From NCBI RefSeq assembly GCF_963506605.1, contig NC_083291.1, positions 2,356,001 through 2,420,000 on the forward strand: a stretch of DNA of 64,000 nt, read 5' to 3'. Within the stretch, counting starts at the first letter, position 1, and each line of letters starts with the position of its first letter. Positions 35,455 to 47,400 of this stretch are shown here, in pieces. Under the pieces are notes generated by a model. The model did not search any database, had not been told where the DNA came from, and worked only from the letters and a program-made list of their open reading frames with translations. Position numbers and translations under genes: made by a program. This DNA is from Zootoca vivipara. Lineage: Eukaryota.

Positions 35455-38400
35455 GTTTGAGCTGCTGCTTTTCTATTGATTTTATTTAAATGAATCTGTT
35501 ATTGTCAGTCAGCCTAATTACATACCCTGTTTTACATGTCAGCGTGGGACAGGCCGTTACAGAGCCAATGCACATAGCATATACAGCAATGGCTCCAGAG
35601 CCTTTGGTTGCGTACACACCATGCATTTAAAGAACCTGACTCTCTTCCTCAAATAATCTTGGGGACTGTAGTTTACCCATCGCAGCACTGCAATTCCCAG
35701 CAGCCTTAACAGGTTACAATCCCCGGGATTCTTTGGGTTAAAACATGGGTAGGCAAACTAAGGCCTGGGGGTCGGATCTGGCCCAATCGCCTTCTAAATC
35801 CGGCCCGTGGATGTTCCGGGAATCAGTGTGTTTTTACATGAGTAGAATGTGTCCTTTTATTTAAAATGCATCTCTGGGTTATTTGTGGGGCATAGGAATT
35901 TGTCCATTATCCCCCCCCCAAAAAAATATAGACTGGCTCCCCATAAGGTCTATGGGACAGTGGACCGGCCCCCCGCTGAAAAAGTTTGCTGACCCCTGGG
36001 TTCAAATTTGCTTTAAGTGTATGGTATATATGCAGGCTTGGCCAATACGTCACGGTGTAGGGTGGGGCAATAATGCTCAGATAATGATCCTCAGTGTAAA
36101 AAGAGGTATTTGGCACATGTTTAAGAGTGGCTTTTCTTTTCACCAATGAATTGTGTCTGTGTGTGTGTTGTACTGGTTGCATGTGCAAAATGCCAGCTTT
36201 CATGGCCAACTTGCGTTTATTGGTGCATGCAACTGCTGGTCTATGTTTTAGCGTTCGGGAAGTCTTCGTGGAATCAGGTTTATCATCCAGAGCGCTATGT
36301 TACAACCATGGCATTCGGAAAATGCTTCTGAGCTCTGCAGGAGTTCCAGCTAACCCTATAGAGGTTTTGGATTAAAGTCATAAGCGTAGAGACTTCAAAC
36401 TTTTGCTTTCCCCAAAGGAGGAGTTGCTTTTCACTGCACCTTTAAGTTTTATTTCAAAACCACTCACTGTCTAAAAGCAACGGGCTGTCATTTCCATATG
36501 CCTTTATCTGCAATGTGTTTTCATTTTCTTAATACTATTACCACATCTAATATTCCTGTGTGATACATTGTGATGTGTTGCACATGTATGCTTTTGCTTC
36601 CTTACATTATCTCTGTTAAGCTATCCTGCATACCCATGTATATATATATATATATCTTATAAAAATAATCCTATAATGTTGAGATATTGCAGGCACTCGG
36701 AATTTGTAGTGTCCGGAAACAATTGAAGATGTTCTTGTTTCGACAAGCTTTTCCAGCTGGATGAAGAATTGTTAGGTCTCTCTGCTTTGGGTGTTTCCCT
36801 TTCTTGCTTCTAGTTGTTTTATTGTACGGTTGTAAACTGCCTTGAAATTTATATGCAAGGATATTCAAAAAATAAGAAGAATGTAGACTGTTGTTTGCAT
36901 GCCCAGGCGCAGTCCCCCCCTTACCCCCGGAGCCAGACCTCAAGGGCAAAGGAGTAGACCCAACAACATATTTTGGGATTAAAATGGCCCCAACTTTATT
37001 AAATTTCAGGTGTAGGAAACCTTGGCATAGGCATTGGACGTGTATCCCTCTCAGCCCCCAGTTGGTCTGAGGCATGGCAGGGTCAAATAAGAATATGGGA
37101 CCACTGCAAAATGTGTGTTTACGCAGCTGGTCCCCCTCCTGTGATGCTGGGGGGGGGAGTTCTATGGCCCATTTGCCATGCACTTGTGGACAGAGACTCC
37201 CCTCAAGACCCCTCTAACGGGGTACTCTGCTATTGCCGCCGGCACGGAAGGGATGAGTCACCACTTCACCCCCTTCTGCAGTTGTTAGACTAAAGCAGGG
37301 GTCGGCAAGGTTTACCTTGCCTGGGCTGGTTCACTCCAGCATAGATCCCACAATTTCCTGCGTCTGCGCAGATCTGATTTCCGGCGCCGCAGGAGCAAGT
37401 CACCGCCCCCCGCGCTGCGCTAGTTTAGCACAGCACGCAGGGACTTGCCAAGCGGGTGGCTCGGTTCGGGGGCGGCTTGTTAAACAACCCGCGTGGGCCG
37501 CTTGTGGCCCATGGGCCTTAGGTTGCCTGCCCCTGGACTAAAGGATTCCACCCAAGACCTAAAACCGCCACCTGAGACCACGGAATCGCAGGCTCGCCAC
37601 CAAGACTACCTACAGCTGAATCCACTCTTCAAGGCTCTGCTTCACGTCTCTCAACCAACGCTCATTCCTAGGTGTAAGATGCACTCAGTCAGTTCTGAAA
37701 ACGTCCAGTTGGTCAGTTCTAATGTCTGGATGTTTTATCATTCGGCCACCAAGATGCAGGCTCACATTGCGTTTAGCCCTGTTGATTTTTACTACGGCGT
37801 AACTGAGGCGAGAAGGCTTGAAAGCCCCTCTCCATTTCAGACGCGGAAGGAGCTCAGACCAGAAGATGGTGGTATTGGGGGGAAATTGCTGCCATGATTA
37901 GACTGATGTTCTTTTGGGCGACCAGGTCATTCTCGCCCAGATGAATCAGCAAGGTGTCCGGGGGACTGTGAGAAGTGATTTTGCATTGTAACTTTGGCAA
38001 GAGGGCATCTCAACGCATCCCTCATTGGCCCAGCCAGAATAAGCGGACTCTGGGGTGGATGCTCAGATACTCACCCCAACTATTCACGGCTGCATGGATG
38101 CCTACCCAATACACAATACTGCGGCCGATGATCCATATGTGCTTGCTGGGGGTACCTGTGAAAGGAGTTACAGGGGACTCATCAGTGATTGCTGACCAGG
38201 GCGAATGTACACCTTGCAATACCAGTGGCCCATGGCCTTGATGCGGTCAGGGAGCATGCCCCAGGCATTGCAGCCCCAATGTGGAATGAGTGCCCTGAGA
38301 AGCGGCTGGGATTGCCTTCGCAAACCGAAATAACTTCTCAACACAGCAGTGAACTGATGCCTGGACAGAGGGCGGGCATTAACATGAATAAGGAGGCGGT

Positions 38401-41400
38401 CGCCAAGTTCAGGCCAGATTCTCAGGAACCTACGGGTGTTGCAGACTGGGCAAGGGCCACTGTGTGGCCAGGGGGCCAGAGTCCGGGTGGTGTCCCTACA
38501 TAACCAATCGGTTTCAGAGGAACATATTTTGAGTTTCAAGGACCCCTCTTGAAACTTAACATCCTTGATCCACAAGCCTGCATGGGACAATGATGCCACG
38601 CTCCCAGTGCACTCGCCGATGCGCAGAGCCCTGAAAAAGGCCAGTGAATATGCGGCTCGGAATAATTTAACCTCAAAGGTGGACCAGTGTACGCTGCACA
38701 ACATGTCCCAAATCAACCGCAAGGTCTCAAAGGTAATAGGCTTTCTGTTGTCTGGCAATGCTGGGTTCCTGCAACACCACCCCACGATTAGTTTTTTTTT
38801 TTTTTACATGGAAAGTATTACAGGGGTGTGGCAGCCAAAAACATTTGCTAAAATAGGAGACAGCTGCCCTGTAGGGGCTTACGACCTTTCCGTTTGAGGA
38901 AGACCAGGTATTTTAGAACATCAGATTCAGCAGCGGAATGCCTTTGAGAGGAACAAGGCGTGGCTCTAAACCCTTCAAAAGATGAGCACACTCTTGAATA
39001 GGCCAGCAGTGTGGTGGACCTAGGTAGAGGCATTGGCTGGCTTCACGGTTTCCCCCACATTGCAATTTTTGCATCAAACCCCCCCCCCAAGATTCGTGAT
39101 ATATTTCCAGGTCAGAAATTATGAAACTGTAATCACAATATGGATTTCAAACCAGTTTGGGACGATATATTGATATATCACCCAGCCCTGGTGGCGATGC
39201 TGCCATCTTGTGTTTTGCCTTGGGCAGCAAAATGTCTCAGGCCAGTCTGCCAGCCTACTTTCATGCTGTAGGGTAGGTTGGAGCGCTCTCTTTGTCTGAG
39301 GTGTGAACTGAGTAGGGGTCTGCCAATACTCAAACCATCTCTTTCAGTGCACTCCTTCAAAACCTGGTGGTGGGGTGCTGCACAGCTCGGCGGCAGAGCA
39401 CATATGTTTCACCCACAAGTTCCCATGTTCTCTAATATTGATCACAGTGACATAGCAGCAATTGCTGGTGCCCAAGGCAGGGGTGCATATGCCGCGCAAG
39501 GGGTCTCTCTTCCCTCTGCAGTCCCTTCTGCCCCTTCAAATGCCATTCAAAAGGGCAAGGGACCCTTTGGTGCAGTACCATAGTCTGTAAGATGCCCCCT
39601 ATTTTGGGGGGCTCAAATTTAAGAAAATGGGGGATGGCACAGAGTTATTGAGCTTTTTTGCGAAGGATTGCCCAGCGTTGTTGACCTTTTTTTTGGGGGG
39701 GGGTTATCCAGGGTTGTGGAGCTTTTTTTTAGATAGGATTGCCGAAAATCGCTCACCTGCACGCATCGCTAAATCTGCCTCCCGCCCATTGCCGGCAGAA
39801 GCTGCCAATTGCCCGCCCAACTGCTGGAGCGCCAACCAATCAACACCACCCATTGATGCAGCAGCCAATAACACGCACAATAGCCACTGACTGCCTTGGC
39901 AGCAACCAATCAAACATCCACCCTATGCACTACCCATGTATAAGACTACCCCCACTTTTTAGCATGATTTTAAAAGAAGAAAATGTAGTCTTATACACAG
40001 AAAAATACGGTATTTAGCTCATATGTAAATCTGGCACTGGCAAAGGGTTGGGATCCCTTCCAACGCTATGATTCTATGAATATTCAGTAGCCCTCATTTT
40101 TTTTATTTTTGCTGTATTAGTGTCCCAGTTCAGGAATTTGCGTCTCTGGTAACATCCTTTCCTGGCTGCAGCCTCAGGAGATCCCCCAAGACAACACTTC
40201 CATGGTGCTTGGTTCATGTGTGCTCCTGAGGCTCATTCCCTAATTTCTTGTCACAAAGGCCCTTGTTTCATGAAGAAGGTGAACCTTCGAGATGCTGTCA
40301 GATCCCTTTCTAACGGCACTCCATCTAGTCACACCAGCTGACAACTTGGGGCCCAGGACTTTGGCCAAGCGTATCGAAACCCACCCAATTCACTTCTAAT
40401 TACTAGGGGTGATTTTAACAATGCAAAGTCGAGGTCATAAAGTAAGCAGGATAGCACTCGTCACTATCAGTTCGTGAAATGAAAGATCTTTCTTCCGCAC
40501 CATCCGCGCATGGATCATAAAGAACCTCTGCAGCTCTAGGTGTTACAGAAAAGCCTATTTCAGCCTGGCGGGCCATGTGTTTTTAGCCAGCCAAATCAGT
40601 GTAGGCTCTGAGGATGAGCTAGCAATATTGCTTCCAGGCAGACAATGCAGCACAGCAACACCTTTAACTGCAGAAGGGGCTTTATAATACTTTAGCAAAG
40701 ATATGGATTAAAGATTTTCCGTGGTGTGGGTTGATATAAATAATATTCTCCTCCATAGCCCATGAGTGTGTGTTGACATACATATTCTACCATGCAGTGC
40801 AAAGAGTTTCCTGTATAAACGCAGAGCACCCCCCCCCCCAAATCTTGCCATGTCATGTCAAGGGGGGCAGGAAGCAGGAAGATAATTCTATTGAAATGGC
40901 CAGGCCAGAAGTAGGGCTGGGCAATACAGTGGTGCCTCGCTAGAACGAAATTAATTCGTTCCAGGACTCAATTCGTCCTACGAAAATTTCATGTAGTGAG
41001 GCACCGTTTCCCATAGGAAACGCATTAAAAGTCAATTAATAGTCAATTAATGCGTTCCTATGGGCTCCAGGGGCCTGGCGGCGGCAGCGGTACTTGCTCT
41101 CTTGGCTCGGGGAAGGCAGGCAGGCGCTTGTTCTCTTGCCTGCCTGCCTGCCTTCCCCGAGCCAAGAGAGGTGTGTGCCACCGCCTCCCCCGACAGAGTC
41201 GGCATTTGACAGGGCTTCCAAACCCTTGTCAGATGCGGGCTCTGTTGGGCGGGGGGGGGGGGAGAGGAACGAAGGAAGAGAAAGCAGCCCTTTCTCTTCC
41301 TTCCTCTCCCCCTGCTGCCGACAGCTTTCCCCCCACCCCGCCCGACACAGTGCGGAAAGGAGGAGAAGCCTCGTCCCATCCTCGCAGTGTCGGGCGGTGG

Positions 41401-44400
41401 GGGGGGGAGCGGAGGATTCTCCGCTTTCCCCCACCACACACTGCCCGGGGATCGGACAAGGCTTCTCCAGCCTCGTCCCATCCCCGCAGTGTCGGGCAGT
41501 GGGGAGGGGGGAAGCGGAGAATCCTCCGCTTTTCCCCACCACACACTGCCCGGGATCGGACGAGGCTGGAGAAGCCTCGTCCCATCCCCGCCTTGTTGGG
41601 CAGTGTGTGTGTGTGGAAGCGGAGGATCCGAAAAGCCCCCGCCATGGACTGGCTTCGTGGCGGGGGGAAGAATCCACTTCTCCCCCCCCTTCTTGCCGCA
41701 CTACAGCCTTTGTGTTCCACTGGTCTCTGCCGGTTGCCTCTCAGCTGATCTTCCTCTGCCTTCTTCCTGCGCTGCAGCTCGTTCCCCTTTCGCTAGAGGA
41801 ATGCCCTGTAGGTTTTGTGATTGGAGGTTTTTATGGCCATGCTTCGCAAGACGATGTGGCGGCCATAGAAAACCTCTTCTTGCAAGGCAACCTCCGATCG
41901 CAAAACCTATTTGTATAGCGGAAAATTCGTCTAACAGGGCATTCGTCTAGCGAGGCACCCCTGTACCTGATTTCCAGTGTCATGCTATATCACCAGCTAA
42001 GCACCGCAATACACTGATGTATCAGAGCTTTCCAAGCTTTTCATGTTGGTTACACACTTTTTAAACATGCATCATTTCACAACACGTAATTCAGTTTTAC
42101 TAGCAAACCAGAGGTTACACTAACCCCTTCCCAGCCCTGAGAGGAGCATGGGGAGTGTTTGTGCGACACACTGCAGTTGACACACTTAACATGTCATGAC
42201 ACACAGTTTAGGAAGCTGTATGATATATCAACATGTCTGAAATAAGGATGGAGCTCTGTAGAGGCACTGGCTGGCTTCATGGTTTTTCCCACATTGCAAT
42301 TTTTGCATAACACCCACACCCACACACCATGGTTCATGATATATTACCAGGTCAAAAATTACTAAGCTGATATCACAATAGGGACTTCAAACTGGTTTTG
42401 GATGATATAGTGATATCTTACCTAGCTCTGCCCAGAAGCATTCTAGAAACCTCGAGAGATGTGCTTCTGCCAACCCTGAGTTGTATAGATGAGGGTCTCC
42501 ATGTGGAAAGGATTGCCCTGGCATGAGGATCATTGATATCAGGGATGGAGAACAATTTTTGTTGTTCTTGGAGGCCTGCATTCCAGTGGTGAGTGGGACC
42601 AGAAGGGGGTGAATGGGGCAAAGGCTATGATAGAATAGAATAGAATAGATACTTTATTGTCATTGTACATAGTACAACGAAATTGAATGCCAAACTTTGC
42701 ACGCTAAACTGATGATACTAAACTTTGCACGCTCAACTCCTTTCCAACCATGCTAACCTCACCCTCCTCTATCTGGTCGAGTAAAAAGTGTTATCTCACA
42801 TCATGGGACGTTCTAGCCAGGCGCGAAAGCAGTCCAGGAGGCTGTGGAGCAGGACCAGTAAAGGGTGTGGCTTGGGGGAGTCCTGAGGGCAAAAGAGAGG
42901 CCTGAGGTTCCTCAATGGATATACATATGGAAAACACAAATAGTGTGGATAAATAAGATTGGTATTAACTGACTTGGCAGTTGGGGCCGGGGGGGTATTC
43001 ATCCTACCTCACGATGACCTTCATCATGAGAGCCAGAGAAGTGCAGTGGCTAAAGTGCTTGGTTGGACTGGAGAGGGTTGGGTTCAAATCCTGCCAAGTC
43101 AGGAAGCTCTCTGGGCTGGCTCAGGCCAGTTTCTCCCTCTCCCTCTCTGTGCCTAGCCTACCTCACAAGATTGTTTGGAATGATGAAGTAGACGAGTCAT
43201 ACATACATCATTCAGAGCTCTTGAGAGTAAGATTTAGGAGGCCCGTATAATACATCTTGGCAAATCAATATTTTCTTCATATCACAGCCAACAACAAAGG
43301 TCATGACAATGCGATCAAAAGAGAAGCGGCACCGTGAAACTGAACTTGGGGGAAGCATAAGAGATAGCTAGGTAGATAGAATCCAATCCAATCTTGCCAA
43401 ATTTTTCTACAACCCCCAGTCATATGCTGGCAGTGTGCTGAGCACATTGCAGTGCCCCCCTCCTTTTACCAAACACAGAAAAAGAGCTGGAATAGTCCTT
43501 GTCTCCCCCCCTAAACGCATGAGTAGCTCACTGGGTTCAACTCTTATTTTCTCTAAGTTCCGGTTGTTCTTGTAACAGCTGCAAAGAGAAAAGGGGGATA
43601 AGATACTTGAATTATTTCTAAGTGGTTAATTTCTCTTCAGATTACAAAAAGGATCAGGCCAACTTGAATAAAGTCACTGAGATACAGAACAATGCCAGAA
43701 ATTTGCTGTACTTAAAAGAAAAAATGCATTTGGCTTGAATATTTCTCTTTGCCTGACTCGGGAAAGGAAGTTTGGTTAGGTCAGCGAGAAGAATGTTTGA
43801 GCTGGTTCAGAGCTTGCCCTGGGGATTCACGGCTAGTGCTTTAGGATTTGCACCGCTATTTAATGACCTTTTAATGATCTGCATGAACTTGGAAATTCAC
43901 TTGTGTGCAGATGATGTCATGCATCAGGCCGCTTCGACAATGTAAGTCACAAGTACAAAAAATGTGTGGCTTTCTGATCAACTAGATGCCAGTCCTGTGG
44001 GCAGTACTGCTGCCATAAATAGAGTGTATTTTCTAACATTAAATTACAATAGAGTGCGATGGTCTGATTTAGGGCTGTTTTAATAACGGTAATGACTTTG
44101 TATGTTTTACTCCAGCTCTGTCAATGAGGTTGCCACCATTTCTGCTGGCCCAGCTATTGTGACTTCAATGGGACCATAGCTAAGAGGTAGAGGTCCATTT
44201 GACCATTTGCATTGGCTCTAAATTTCACTTCCAGGTGTTGAAAATAGATCCCAACTACTATTTCCCACTCTCTACTCCCTTAACTATTAAGTTTGGAACT
44301 GAAGATTCTGAATCCAGAATTTGGAATTTCTAACAATCAGGACATAGGACTCTGCGAGTGATTTTTGTGAATCAAAATAAACCCAGAAGTAGGGATGAAT

Positions 44401-47400
44401 CAAACTCTGTTTTGGTTTATTTGAGTTTCTTGTTTCTCCCGTCTTAACTTCAGTTCACCACATTCCCTCATCAGTTTGCATTCTCGAAAAACCTCAAAGA
44501 CTTGTCACCGTTTTAGCGTGCATTTCTTCTAGAGAGTTTTGTGTGTACTTTTGCCCAATATACATGTTTTTGGAAGCAATTTAACCTAATGTTTGGGTTA
44601 TGTGTTCAGGGGACTCTGTTTGCCTGAGCTTGAGTCTGGACTAAGGATTCTGACCCCCGGTTTTCTAATTTGATACATGATGTCCAGTCACAGTACATTT
44701 CAGGATTTGGGCCTCTGCCATTGGCCCTTAAAACTCTGAGTCATGATTCGCAGCTTGGGAGTTTAGACAGCCAATCACGTTGGGAGTGGGAGTGGTCCAG
44801 GCCTTCAGAAATGTATATAAGCAGTTGCTTTGCCCCTGTTGTCCAGTTCTGTTAGTTCAATAAAGGTTATTGCTGTTACCACTGTGTCTTGCCTTGTGGG
44901 AATCTACCTACACTTCAGTTTGTGTATTGTTTTCAATATGCATTTCATGTGTATGCTTTGGGGGGGGGGGGCATACTTTCTCCTTATAAACTTGTTTTTG
45001 TACAGAAGTTTTAATTGCAAGTTTTCAACTCAAGAGAAGCGCAAATTTTTATTTATTTTTAACTTTTTATTAGCAAAAACATATATAAATACATAGCTAA
45101 CAAATACATACATTAATAACCTATATAAAAGGAAAGGAAAGGAAAGGAAAAAAACATACATGTCAACATACATAAAAAAGTAAAGAATAGAAAGGAAAGA
45201 AAAACCGAAAAAAGATACAAATTAAGAAAACTTAACTATAACAGAATGATAACTTAAACATTCTCAATACCTATCACCTGATAGATTCTATTTAATATGA
45301 TTCTACCCTGTGTTGGTATTTCTTGTATGTTGTGAACCTTTGGTGTGGGTTAAATCTCTTTACTTATTTTTTATTGTAGACTTCCTTCTGCCGCATTACG
45401 GTTTCAGTTCACATCAACGTACTATTTCCCCCTGTATTTATTGTTTTATCCTCGTCTTGGAGAAGCGCAAATTTTAACTGATACCAGCCTTTTGGTTTGC
45501 GTACTGTTTTAGGAACTGTGAATTGGGTAATGCAAATCAAACTGAATTCCAACCTCGTCCCTGCTCAAGAGGCCTGGGACCAGAACCTTCTCTCAGCTAG
45601 AAATGTTCCAGATTGTTCCCATTAAATCACCTGTAGGCATTCCAGCCTTTCTTGGATTTCTGCAGAGGGAGAGGGAGGTCAAAAGCATGGGCCACTGAAT
45701 TTTAATACAGGAAAGGCAGACTTATCTCTGGATGCAACTGTCAATATTCCCCGAGACCCGAGGGGATTTATTTCATTTGCAGTTTTGCCCAAGGCTCCCA
45801 CGTTTGAAGCAGCAGCGACTTTGCCTTACTTCACAGGTGAGGTATAAATTAATTTCAAAACGGAAAAGCACTCGCATTTAAACTTGGCAGGAAACCATAC
45901 TTCTGTGACTAGGAAGGCTAGCCGTCCCTCTTCTTCCCCCTGTAAAGTGTTTTAGGGCTAGCTCTGGTGACATGGGAAAGGATCTCTGCACGTGCTCTAA
46001 GGATCTCTTCTTTATTACGGTTTCACATGTCTCAGCCCTCAGCCCTGTCCCTGGAAGCAGTTTGCTGAGCTGAGCTGAGACAAAGAAAGTTCTTGTTTTG
46101 TACGCCAACTAATTCCTAACCTTTGTGCTTCCTCCAGGCGCCACCAATGCCCTCATATTACCAGACCCTATGAAATGAACGAGAAGCCATGCCTCCTCAC
46201 TGAGTATACAGACAAATACCTACTTTATCCCAACACTGGACCCAGAGAATCCTGCAAACCTGTCGTAGAGTACAATAAGCAGCCAGTCCCAATGGAGGGC
46301 ATTTCCACGATGAGGTAAAGAAGCGGCAAGTGATGGGTATCTGTGAGCCAAGAAATAGACATACCTGGGAAAAGATGTGTGCTGGAGTCCCGTGTGGGGT
46401 GAAGTCCTGGTTTTCGGGAAATGATGGAGGGTTTGTTATCCTGCTGAATGGAGAGAGCAGAGAGTGCAGAATGGATTTTGCTCTTTCTTTCTCAGTAACA
46501 CCAATACCTCTGGGCAACACCCTGGCTACATTTGGACAGCCATATTTTGGCCTAATAAACTGAGACAGGGAAGATCAACCCTGTGTTTATTACGGTGAGC
46601 GGGCCATCGGAGGAGTACAGAGCACAAAAAAATATTAAATCACAGCCATTGCAGAACAAGGCTTGACGGGTGGCAAGGGGACACCTAGCTACTTTGCCAT
46701 GAATTCAAATCTCCAGGGCCTGATAAGCTGCACCCAAAGGGTACTAAAGGATCTCACAGATGTAATCTCAGAGCCTCTGTCTAAAAACTGAGAATTCTTG
46801 CAGAACAGGAGGTTTTTGAACTGTCCCTAGCTATGATACTCAAGAACGTATGGAGCAGCCTTATCTATGGGGCTTCATTAGACTTGGAAGAAGAAGCTAT
46901 GGGGTGGGGAAGAGAGCAGAGTTTGTAAACAGCAGCAATAACAGTAGCAGCAGCAATGTCCTGCTAAGCACAACGCTTGTGAGTTTCTTTTTCTTTAAAC
47001 GATTGGCCTTTAACAACTGCCAGGTTAGGACCCACTATAGATTCCCAGCTTGATTACCACCATGCAGAGATATCGGGGGGGAATAAAAAGTGTCCTCAAG
47101 TGCGTGTTTGGGCTAGTTATGGGACTCAGGTGTAAGAAAAAAAATGGAAGACTATTATCTTTGATGATGATTAAATTTATTACCTGCCTTTCACCAGCAG
47201 GTCCCCAGGCAGGTCACAATAGCCTAAAATCCAACATTAGGAACAGTTAAAACAAATCACAGTTGCGGGGACAGGGCGAGTTGGCTTGGCACCCAAATCC
47301 CCTGCCAGCTTCCAGGGGTGTTGAACCTGTCCGAGAACATTATCTAAGGACCGGCGCAATACAGACACACGTTTTCCCTCGGTTCTAGATACGGTATTAA

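Larger units (their letters stand above)
36900..39033 (-). mobile_element. Decayed, 5'-truncated Ngaro/DIRS-type tyrosine-recombinase retrotransposon (YR + SGNH hydrolase + terminal-repeat-like region)
   Basis: YR motifs RKPIT, AFFRALRIGE, SETD, CPV, (frameshift) GHSFHIGAA, GHW, VYIRP, followed by SGNH blocks IWIIGRS, IHLGENDL, FRTD*VHL; AATAAA-containing end near 37000. Boundaries approximate. Confidence 0.85.

Noticed and set aside
41036-41950. Six overlapping long ORFs (163-274 aa) on both strands
   Set aside because: They lie within a Tigger-like element's GC-rich tandem repeats. Stop depletion is compositional and no domain is recognisable.
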